The position numbers were made by a program, and so were the translations under genes. This document shows, in pieces, positions 1-8,741 of a DNA stretch of 52,880 bases (positions within the stretch are counted from its first letter, which is position 1; each line of letters begins with the position of its first letter). The notes under the pieces were generated by a model, which worked only from the letters and a program-made list of their open reading frames with translations, was not told the origin of the DNA and searched no databases. This DNA is from Erysipelotrichaceae bacterium UBA3379 (GTDB taxonomy: Bacteria; Bacillota_I; Bacilli_A; Erysipelotrichales; Coprobacillaceae): positions 1-52,880 of the forward strand of contig DEPZ01000001.1 of the NCBI GenBank assembly GCA_002359025.1, in the 5' to 3' direction.

Positions 1-785
1 ATATTACTTGAAATAGATATAGGAACTTCATAATCTAATAATAGTTTTAAACATGATAAAATATATGAAGCGCTATTATTTTTTTGCTTTTCATTTTTCA
101 TAATATAAGATCTTGTCTCTTCGTTGGCAACAGAACTATCGATTGTCGTGGCAATTGATCTAATTATTTTTCTATTAATTATAATTTTTTTCATAAAATA
201 ATCTAAATTTGTTCCATTAGTTATAATATGAATTTTAATAATATTTTCTTTACAAAAATCGAAAATTTTATCAATAATTAATTCATTAGATATTAAAAGT
301 GGTTCACCACCAAACAAACCTAATTCAATAATTTTATCTGGGTATCTACTTTGGTATTCTTTTATAACACTGAATATTTTTTCTAAGTTTATATCAGATA
401 TGATTCCTTTATTTAAAACTGGATTACATTGTTGATAACAATAAGTACATCTTAAGTTACAGGCATATGTAATGGCCAATATAATTGTTACAATAGATTG
501 ACTTCTATTAATTTCATCTTGATTATATAGTGTTTCTTTCAAAATATTTTCATTCTCAATATTAAAAATGTCTGGGGTAGTAAAATACTTTTTTATAGAA
601 GATGGTATTCGATTATTGTCAATATAATCTTTGTTCAGAACCATACACTTATCCATAAAAGAATTTATGACCAAATAATTCTCGTTGTCATAATTCTTAA
701 TGTATATATTTTCAGGTATTTTAAATTCTTCTATTTTTTCTTCATTAAGGCTATATAATTTATTATTTTCTAAAATACAATTCAT
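1..785 (-). CDS. Radical SAM enzyme, N-terminal 261 codons (C-terminus lies beyond the left window edge); RiPP-maturase-like
   Basis: Not in the supplied ORF track because it has no stop inside the window. Translated by hand from ATG 785-783; the frame stays open to position 3 (checked codon by codon). Contains AITYACNLRCTYCY (CxxxCxxC at Cys109/113/116) and GGEPLL. About 100 aa precede the cluster. RBS GGAAAGGTGA lies upstream. Confidence 0.8.
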   Translation of the reverse strand, partial: MNCILENNKLYSLNEEKIEEFKIPENIYIKNYDNENYLVINSFMDKCMVLNKDYIDNNRIPSSIKKYFTTPDIFNIENENILKETLYNQDEINRSQSIVTIILAITYACNLRCTYCYQQCNPVLNKGIISDINLEKIFSVIKEYQSRYPDKIIELGLFGGEPLLISNELIIDKIFDFCKENIIKIHIITNGTNLDYFMKKIIINRKIIRSIATTIDSSVANEETRSYIMKNEKQKNNSASYILSCLKLLLDYEVPISISSN

Positions 786-816
786 TTTCTTTCACCTTTC
801 CTAATACATATTTTTA

Positions 817-855
817 TATAAAAACTCAACTACTTAAAATAGCTGAGTTTTTATA
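817..855 (-). terminator. Intergenic hairpin between the short ORF and the radical SAM gene (possible attenuator/partial terminator)
   Basis: TATAAAAACTCA (817-828) pairs perfectly with TGAGTTTTTATA (844-855). On the minus-strand RNA only, three more pairs including one G-U wobble extend the stem to 15 bp with a 9-nt loop. U-rich sequence follows. Confidence 0.45.
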
Positions 856-864
856 GTTTAATTT

Positions 865-990
865 TTAGTAAAGTCTTGGATGTTCAGCTAACCCACTGAT
901 TTCAAATTTTTCATCATTAATTGAGAAATCTAATGAATCATTACGTTCCATTTCCTCTAATTCTTCTGCTGAAAAAATTACTTTACTCAT
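865..990 (-). CDS. 41-aa acidic small ORF, candidate RiPP precursor peptide
   Basis: ATG 990 to TAA 865 gives MSKVIFSAEELEEMERNDSLDFSINDEKFEISGLAEHPRLY. A G-rich SD (GGGGGGGTGA) sits just upstream. It lies directly 5' of the radical SAM gene on the same strand. Too short for the ORF track. Confidence 0.55.
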   Translation of the reverse strand: MSKVIFSAEELEEMERNDSLDFSINDEKFEISGLAEHPRLY

Positions 991-1020
991 TATTTCACCC
1001 CCCCCAAAAAATATTTTTTA

Positions 1021-1037
1021 TAATACTAAAAGTATTA
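1021..1037. promoter_or_regulatory. Perfect palindrome TAATACT-N3-AGTATTA in the regulator/short-ORF intergenic region (possible regulator box)
   Basis: Read directly: TAATACTAAAAGTATTA, 31-47 nt upstream of the small ORF start. It overlaps TATTAT/TATAAA -10-like hexamers on the minus strand. Confidence 0.3.
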
Positions 1038-1068
1038 CGTTATTTATCTTACCAATTATTAATAATTT

Positions 1069-2019
1069 TTAAATAGCGAAATCGCCATTATTAAAATACA
1101 CTTGATAATCAGCATGATAAACTCTTTGATATTCTTCTAAATTATTTTGGAGTTTGAATACGCTTTTACAGTTATATAAATATTCCTTAGCCTTATCATA
1201 ATTTTTCATCATAGAAAGGCAGCAGGCTGAATTATAGTATAGATAGGGTAAATAAATGAAATTGTTTATGTTTCTACAAAATTGTATTGCTTCTTCGCTA
1301 TGGTTTAATGAATTCAAATAATCTTTATTAACTAGAAACATCGTACTTATATTATATGAGATTTTTGGATATATATAGTAAAAAGTTTCTTCATCAGTAT
1401 AGTTATTGTCTTTATTCTCTAAGTAAAATAATATTTCTTTCCATAATGGATTATGTAAAGAAAAACAACATATAGAATAGTCTATCAAAATTTCTATTTG
1501 TTCCTTTGATAAATTAAATTTATTATATTTTTTTATTGAGTATCCTGATAATTCAAATGCTTGCTCTAATAAACTTTTTGCTACATTAAAGTTGTGATTT
1601 TTTTGAGCTTCAATAATTGCAAGAATATGAGTAGATAATTGTTTGTATTTGTTTAATTCATTTACTTTTTCGTTTGAAATGATTTGTTTATATAATTCTG
1701 TCAATTCAGTGAAATTTCTTTTTAATCTAATGATTTCAAATTGATTATAATATTCATCCAATTCTAATAAAGCTTTTTCTTTACTTAATTGTATAACTTG
1801 ATCAAAACTAATATCTAGTTTTATACAACATAAAACAAGTATGTCTAACTTTATGCTTTCTTTGCCATTGCACATTCTATTAAAATGAGAGTAGTCATAA
1901 ATTCCTTCAATCAATTTAGATTGAGATATTCCCTTATTATATGCTTTATCTAATATAATTTGTAAAGCCTTGCTTTTATCAAAAAATTCATCCATATTTT
2001 TCTTAGCCTCTTCTTTCAT
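1069..2019 (-). CDS. Rgg/RRNPP-type peptide-sensing transcriptional regulator (XRE-like HTH plus helical-repeat domain)
   Basis: 316 aa. The N-terminus GISQSKLIEGIYDYSHFNRMCNGKESIKLDILVLCCIKLDISFDQV matches the Rgg/MutR HTH pattern. The remaining ~240 aa are TPR-like helical repeats. Size and neighbourhood (small peptide genes) fit the family. Confidence 0.7.
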   Translation of the reverse strand: MKEEAKKNMDEFFDKSKALQIILDKAYNKGISQSKLIEGIYDYSHFNRMCNGKESIKLDILVLCCIKLDISFDQVIQLSKEKALLELDEYYNQFEIIRLKRNFTELTELYKQIISNEKVNELNKYKQLSTHILAIIEAQKNHNFNVAKSLLEQAFELSGYSIKKYNKFNLSKEQIEILIDYSICCFSLHNPLWKEILFYLENKDNNYTDEETFYYIYPKISYNISTMFLVNKDYLNSLNHSEEAIQFCRNINNFIYLPYLYYNSACCLSMMKNYDKAKEYLYNCKSVFKLQNNLEEYQRVYHADYQVYFNNGDFAI

Positions 2020-2176
2020 TTTTTATAATATAATAAAGTAAACATTAAAATCATTAGTATCCATTTTTTATTTTTTGGATATTATATTTATAACAATAGC
2101 GGAATGGCTATATATTTTTTTATTTGTTTTTTATATAATACCTTCGTAAAATAAACAATACAAGGAGGGGATACAT

Positions 2177-2323
2177 TTGAAAATCAAAGTCTTAATTGCT
2201 TTACTACTGATGAGTTCGGTAGTTAGTGGTACAACATTAGTTAATGATAATTTCGTTAATGTATCATCTGAAAAAACAGAATACACAGAAATTAATCCAC
2301 TTATTTTTGATTTTTGGTGGTAA
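2177..2323 (+). CDS. 48-aa secreted pro-peptide, candidate signalling pheromone (C-terminus ...EINPLIFDFWW)
   Basis: TTG start 6 nt after AAGGAGGGG. Product is MKIKVLIALLLMSSVVSGTTLVNDNFVNVSSEKTEYTEINPLIFDFWW, with a Sec-type signal (K-rich n-region, hydrophobic core, SG) and a hydrophobic/aromatic tail. Divergent from the regulator and followed by a strong terminator. Not in the ORF track. Confidence 0.55.
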   Translation: MKIKVLIALLLMSSVVSGTTLVNDNFVNVSSEKTEYTEINPLIFDFWW

Positions 2324-2330
2324 ATCTTCA

Positions 2331-2373
2331 GAAACCTTTTCCTTATTCTATGTGAAAAGGTTTCTAAATTTTT
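2331..2373 (+). terminator. Rho-independent terminator after the pro-peptide gene
   Basis: Perfect 11-bp stem GAAACCTTTTC (2331-2341) / GAAAAGGTTTC (2354-2364), followed by TAAATTTTT. Confidence 0.7.
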
Positions 2374-3028
2374 ACAAAGATTGTAATGTAATTTTAATTT
2401 TATATTTTTTAGGCAAAAATTCTTTAATTAATTCATAATCATATAGAATTTCATTTTCAACTATAATGGTATATCCCCTAATACTATTGTCATGCAATAT
2501 GTCGACCTTACTAATAGCATAATTGATAATACTATTAATATACATATATTCATTTACTAATAAATCAACATAAGCCTCTCTTGAATATTTAATATTTCTA
2601 TATTGCTCTAGATGCTCTTTTTTAATGTTTCCCAAGAATCAACAACCATGTAATTATTAACAACTCTTTTTTTGAAACTAAACCATCAAAATATATTCTT
2701 CCAACTTTAAATGGGTTCAGAAAGTTTGGTTTAAATGTAATTGAATAGCTGTCAGCAATACATTGGCATAAATATTTTAATGAACATAATGATGAATCCT
2801 CATAAAGGTTATGATTCATGAAATCATATAATATATCAACTTTTTATCTATGTTCATAAACCGAAAGTTTTTCCAGTACTTTATTGAAAAAAAGCAATTC
2901 TTCCATCTTTCAAATCCACCATATTTTGATAAGTAATATCTATTTCTTTATCTAATCGCAAGTAAGAAATTTTTTTGTTTTTGTAATTTAGTTGTGTATG
3001 TAGCTACTGACATTTTTATTTCATCCAT
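2372..3028 (-). pseudogene. Decayed gene of unknown function (several frameshifts and an in-frame stop)
   Basis: Track ORFs 2372-2635 and 2622-2819, plus upstream pieces starting at ATG 3028 (MDEIKMSVATYTTKLQKQK...), join into one ~215-aa reading only if frames are switched at A/T homopolymers and one stop is ignored. Confidence 0.45.
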
Positions 3029-3259
3029 TAATCATATTATATAATAAATTGTTCTAAAATCATATTTAATGTTATAATAACTTTGGAAGATCAAATAAAA
3101 TAGAGTTAAAAACTAAATTTATTACTTTTCAAGAACTAGCAGATGCTCTTGGGTGAAGCCTTCAGTAAGTTGCTCAAGTACATTCTAAAAGAATTATAAA
3201 AGTATTTCATATTGATAAGAAAAGATTACTTAAAGTAGGAATGTCCCCTTTGAATTTGT

Positions 3260-4502
3260 TTGAAAAGTATTTTGATCAATCTGTTGATATTCAATCAAAT
3301 GAAAAGACTATCTAGTCCATCGCCAAACTTTCTAGATAGTCACTCACGAAAAGAGACATATTTTTATAATGCTCTTTCAAAGAGAATTATATCAGACAAC
3401 GTATCTCCTTTCAAACCAAATTTTAAGAAAGGAGTTTTTATATACCGATAACTCAAAAAGAATTATTGGAAAAAGAAAGAATTATAAACGTAGGGGGTTT
3501 AAAAGCAAAAAAGCAGCAAAATTAGCAAAAGCAGAATTTTTTGAAACAATATAATAATATTTTACCAACTCGTATAAAATTAAATGATTTGATTAAGGAG
3601 TATCATAAAGAAGCTCCCAATCGCATTAAATTATCTACTCTCAAGGCTTATAAGAGATTTAAAAAAATGTCATATCACCTAGTTTTGGTAATCGTTATAT
3701 TGATGATATTACAACATTAGAAATTACACGTTGGATTAATGCTATTTCACAAAATGGATATGATGGCAGAATTTATGGTGAATCATCTACACGTAATATT
3801 TTACTGCACCTGTCTGGTTTATTCACATATGCTGTTGATCATGACTGGTTACAAAAGAATCCATGTCATAAAGTTAAACCACCCAAAGATTCAAATAAGA
3901 TTATAAGAAGACAATCTAGTGAAGAAAACTTCTGGGAAATAGATGAGTATCGCAAATTTATTAATACTGTTGAAGATGAATATAAAAGGGATATTTATGA
4001 ATTTATGTTTCTTACGGGTTTACGTATTGGTGAATTCTGTGCTTTACAATGGAAAGATGTCGATCTTATTAATAATAAATTAAGAATATCTAAATCATTA
4101 AGTGCGATTACATCAAAAATAACGTCACCCAAAACTTCACGTTCAAATAGAACTATTCAGTTACCAGATAGACTGGTAGAAAAATTAAAAAAGCAATATA
4201 TTATTATTTTTCAACAAGATGGATTTAATGATGATTATTATTTATATAAGGATCAAACTTATATCTCTATAGCTACACTTAGAAGATGGTTTAATGAAGA
4301 TGTAGAAAAATCTGGTGTAAAAAGAATAACAGTACATGGACTAAGACATTCTCATGCAAGTTATTTGTTATCAAATCCAATGATTTCAGAATTGTTAATA
4401 GCTGATAGATTAGGGCATAGTGTAGAAATGTTAAGAAGTACGTATGCACATATATATGAAAAAAGTAGAAAAAATCTTATAGATTTTATAGACGAATTAT
4501 AG
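3260..4502 (+). pseudogene. Tyrosine recombinase (phage-type integrase), disrupted
   Basis: The C-terminal catalytic half is intact in 4005-4502 (LTGLRIGEFCAL..., HGLRHSHASYLL, LGHSVEMLRSTYAHIY). The N-terminal arm/core-binding parts (KRRGFKSKKAAKLAKAEF; ITRWINAISQNGY) sit in other frames. Frame switches occur at the T-run 3537-3542 and the A-run 3661-3667, with a probable further one near 3450. An xis-like scrap lies at ~3100-3240. Confidence 0.8.
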
Positions 4503-4515
4503 TCATATAATCTAT

Positions 4516-4567
4516 AAAAACACACTGTCATTAATAACAATTATATTTTTTGACAGTGTGTTTTTTC
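4516..4567 (+). terminator. Rho-independent terminator downstream of the integrase remnant
   Basis: AAAAACACACTGTCA (4516-4530) pairs with TGACAGTGTGTTTTT (4551-4565), then a T-run. Confidence 0.75.
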
Positions 4568-4836
4568 ACTAATCAATATTAATCATTGATTTATATTTTT
4601 ATTGAATAATTCGTAATAAAAAAGATATTGTAAAGTATGCACAATACAATATCCCATAAAGATTAGAAAAGATTTCCAATTCTAATCTATATTTTATTAT
4701 ACTCATTTCCTTAAATTTTATTAAAAAAAAAGAAAAGTTGCACCATTCTTTTTTTTGTTAACAAAACGAATAGACTGAGCATTTCCTTTTGCATTAACAT
4801 TATATCTTAAAAACATCAAAAAGTCAATAATGATTT

Positions 4837-5562
4837 TTAATGAACTATCTTGAATCCAAATCTCGATTCCATTGATAATTTCCCATCATATAAGCACTCC
4901 TTTATAATCGGCAACAAGGTATATTCTTTTTGTTGAATATGTAATGCTTCTCTTGCTAATGGATTCGGGAAAAAATCTGCAAATTGCACACCTAAATTAT
5001 TATCAGACTTAGGAATAAAATTTATTGTGGTTAAATGCTTTTGAAGAGATTCCTTGCTATAAAACAATGTTCCTGTAGCTTTAAGCTGATGAAATAAATT
5101 CTGTAGTGTTGTATTGCTTCCAGAATCTGTGCTTTCTAAATAGACACTACCACATGCATTATTTGAAATAAGGAAGTGGTTATAATTTTCCATTAATAAT
5201 TGTAAAGAAATATAATAAATTTGATTAGTTTCCTCATTTCCATATAATTGCTCAAAATCATCAATGTTAATCGAAACAGCTAAAACATGCAATTCTACTT
5301 TCTTGAATAACTCTTCAATCTTTTGAAAAAACAACTTATATTGCTCTCTTGTTCGCCCTGCAAATTCACCTTTAGCTTTTCTTATATCAATTTCATGTAA
5401 TATTATTTGTTCATTACCAAAGCATTCTTTCTTTATTGATAATAATTCTGGCTTTAGTTTATTCTCATATTCTTCCTTACTAATAGCATATCCTGCTAAT
5501 GTAAAATTTTTGAAATTGGTATTTGGTTTTGATTCATCTAAAAATAAGTAGTATTCATTCAT
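4837..5562 (-). CDS. DUF3800-like protein
   Basis: Start moved to ATG 5562 (MNEYYLFLDES...), which is preceded by AAAGGAGGAATAAT. N-terminal LFLDES and C-terminal GVQFADFF motifs fit DUF3800. Last gene of the XRE-ImmA operon. Confidence 0.65.
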   Translation of the reverse strand: MNEYYLFLDESKPNTNFKNFTLAGYAISKEEYENKLKPELLSIKKECFGNEQIILHEIDIRKAKGEFAGRTREQYKLFFQKIEELFKKVELHVLAVSINIDDFEQLYGNEETNQIYYISLQLLMENYNHFLISNNACGSVYLESTDSGSNTTLQNLFHQLKATGTLFYSKESLQKHLTTINFIPKSDNNLGVQFADFFPNPLAREALHIQQKEYTLLPIIKECLYDGKLSMESRFGFKIVH

Positions 5563-5585
5563 ATTATTCCTCCTTTTTACTTTTG

Positions 5586-6242
5586 CTACCACCATTCATC
5601 TCTTTTACTTTGCATATCATATTCTTCATCAAAATAATCAATTTCTGCAAATTTATTTGGTGCAATCATATCTACAAATTCACTGAATAAAATATTAAGA
5701 CTTTCATCATCTTTTTTATAGTTATATTCATAATTTTTGTTTAATGTTTCTAATTTTTTTATTGCAGCTTCTTCAGATACATTAAAATTTCGTATTATAA
5801 AATCGACTGTAATATTATATCCTCTTTCTATAGCAATATTTATTATTTGATTAGGTATCAAAAGTTGTGCTGCAAAAAAGTTTGCTTCTACTTCCATTTT
5901 TGAATATAATTGTTCATCTATATTTTCGAAACTATGTTTCATAACAATATGCCCTATTTCATGAGTTATTGTCCATCTCTGTCTTGTTTTCAATTGATTA
6001 TCATTATAAAATATTATATATTTATCACCTCTTTTTATGGTTTCACCATCATTACTTCCTAGTTTAGAAGGATCTATGCCATACTTTTGTTTTGCCTTTG
6101 AATATGAACAAAGTGAAATATTATATAATGTTATTCTTTTTAAAAGCTTCTTTAAACTAAAAGGGAACTGTGTTATACCTGCACTTAATAGAAAAATATT
6201 GGCTGTACTAGTTGCTGATTTAAAATCAGGTTTATATATCAT
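5586..6242 (-). CDS. ImmA/IrrE-family (COG2856) zinc metalloprotease
   Basis: HEIGH motif (WTITHEIGHIVMKH). The likely start at 6242 (MIYKPDF) overlaps the XRE stop by 11 nt. Confidence 0.8.
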   Translation of the reverse strand: MIYKPDFKSATSTANIFLLSAGITQFPFSLKKLLKRITLYNISLCSYSKAKQKYGIDPSKLGSNDGETIKRGDKYIIFYNDNQLKTRQRWTITHEIGHIVMKHSFENIDEQLYSKMEVEANFFAAQLLIPNQIINIAIERGYNITVDFIIRNFNVSEEAAIKKLETLNKNYEYNYKKDDESLNILFSEFVDMIAPNKFAEIDYFDEEYDMQSKRDEWW

Positions 6243-6576
6243 CTTCATCGTCCTCATCTTCAAAAATATTATCAAACATAGTTCCTAATATTACAGTAGC
6301 TTTTTTGACTTCTTCTTGATTTAATTTATTTAATCCCCTATGTAATATTTCTATTTCAGATACAGAAGAAACCTCGTTGCCTAACAAATAATCAATTGAA
6401 ACCGAAAATATTGAAGATAACTTCTTTAAAATATCTGAATTAGGAACAACTCCCAAATTCTCCCAATTTGCTACTGTAGCCTTTTTTACATTAAGTTTTC
6501 GTCCTAACTCTTCCAATGTATAATCATTATTTCTTCTCAGTTGCCTTAAACGATTTGAAAAATTTTGATTTGCCAT
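6232..6576 (-). CDS. XRE-family HTH repressor (ImmR-like) with acidic tail
   Basis: LRQLRRNNDYTLEELGRKLNVKKATVANWENLGVVPNSDILKKLSSIFSVSIDYLLG is a canonical Cro/C1 HTH. AAGGAGG RBS. Confidence 0.85.
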   Translation of the reverse strand: MANQNFSNRLRQLRRNNDYTLEELGRKLNVKKATVANWENLGVVPNSDILKKLSSIFSVSIDYLLGNEVSSVSEIEILHRGLNKLNQEEVKKATVILGTMFDNIFEDEDDEDDI

Positions 6577-6609
6577 AAAATTACCTCCTTCTTATATTAT
6601 ACATTATAA

Positions 6610-6649
6610 ATATACTTTGTCAACAAAAAGTATATTTGTGATATACTTT
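6610..6649. promoter_or_regulatory. Three 9-bp operator half-sites (ATATACTTT / AAAGTATAT) interleaved with the XRE promoter hexamers
   Basis: ATATACTTT at 6610-6618 and 6641-6649, with the inverted copy AAAGTATAT at 6627-6635. A minus-strand TTGACA (6618-6623) and TATAAT hexamers lie within or next to them. Confidence 0.5.
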
Positions 6650-6862
6650 GTTTGTAATTATTTTTCTAGTAGCATACCTTTATTTAAATCATTGTATGCC
6701 ATTTGTATGCCACTTTCAAAGCATATGTCTTAGACTAAATAAAAAAGCATAACTTTCTAACACTCATAAAGTCATCAAATTTCGCTTCATGATTTAGAGA
6801 TATTATGCTTTTATTTTATCTATCAATTTAAGTTTAAAATCAAAATTATCTTGATTCTATCA

Positions 6863-8624
<1,762 letters not shown>

Positions 8625-8630
8625 GACTTG

Positions 8631-8660
8631 TATTATATAAATAAACATATATATTGTCAA
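8631..8660 (-). promoter_or_regulatory. SigA-type promoter of the lysS leader
   Basis: Minus strand TTGACA (8655-8660), 18-nt spacer, TATAAT (8631-8636). Confidence 0.6.
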
Positions 8661-8687
8661 GCAAAGTCTATATTTTTCATGAAATAA
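8660..8687. repeat. Left copy of a perfect 28-bp direct repeat AGCAAAGTCTATATTTTTCATGAAATAA
   Basis: Identical 28-mer at 14215-14242, read base by base. Abuts the lysS -35 hexamer. Confidence 0.95.
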
Positions 8688-8741
8688 ACATTAAATTTAT
8701 AATAAAAAGAATGAAACACACTGTCCATTCCTCAATATAAA

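Noticed and set aside
2244-2438. 64-aa track ORF overlapping the 3' end of the pro-peptide gene
   Set aside because: It has no RBS, reads straight through a perfect 11-bp terminator stem, and has a low-complexity product. The 48-aa ORF in the other frame, with an SD and a signal peptide, explains the region better.
4599-4706. 35-aa hydrophobic ORF (MSIIKYRLELEIFSNLYGILYCAYFTISFLLRIIQ) between the DUF3800 gene and the integrase remnant; possible type I toxin or holin-like peptide
   Set aside because: It has only a weak RBS (AAGGAA), no terminator or antisense-RNA features that I could see, and the AT-rich context generates such ORFs easily. Not enough support to call.
8714-8727. AACACACTGTC shared with the integrase terminator (4519-4530); possible repeat linking the two accessory regions
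   Set aside because: The 11-12-mer identity is within chance expectation for this window size, and there is no extended similarity on either side.
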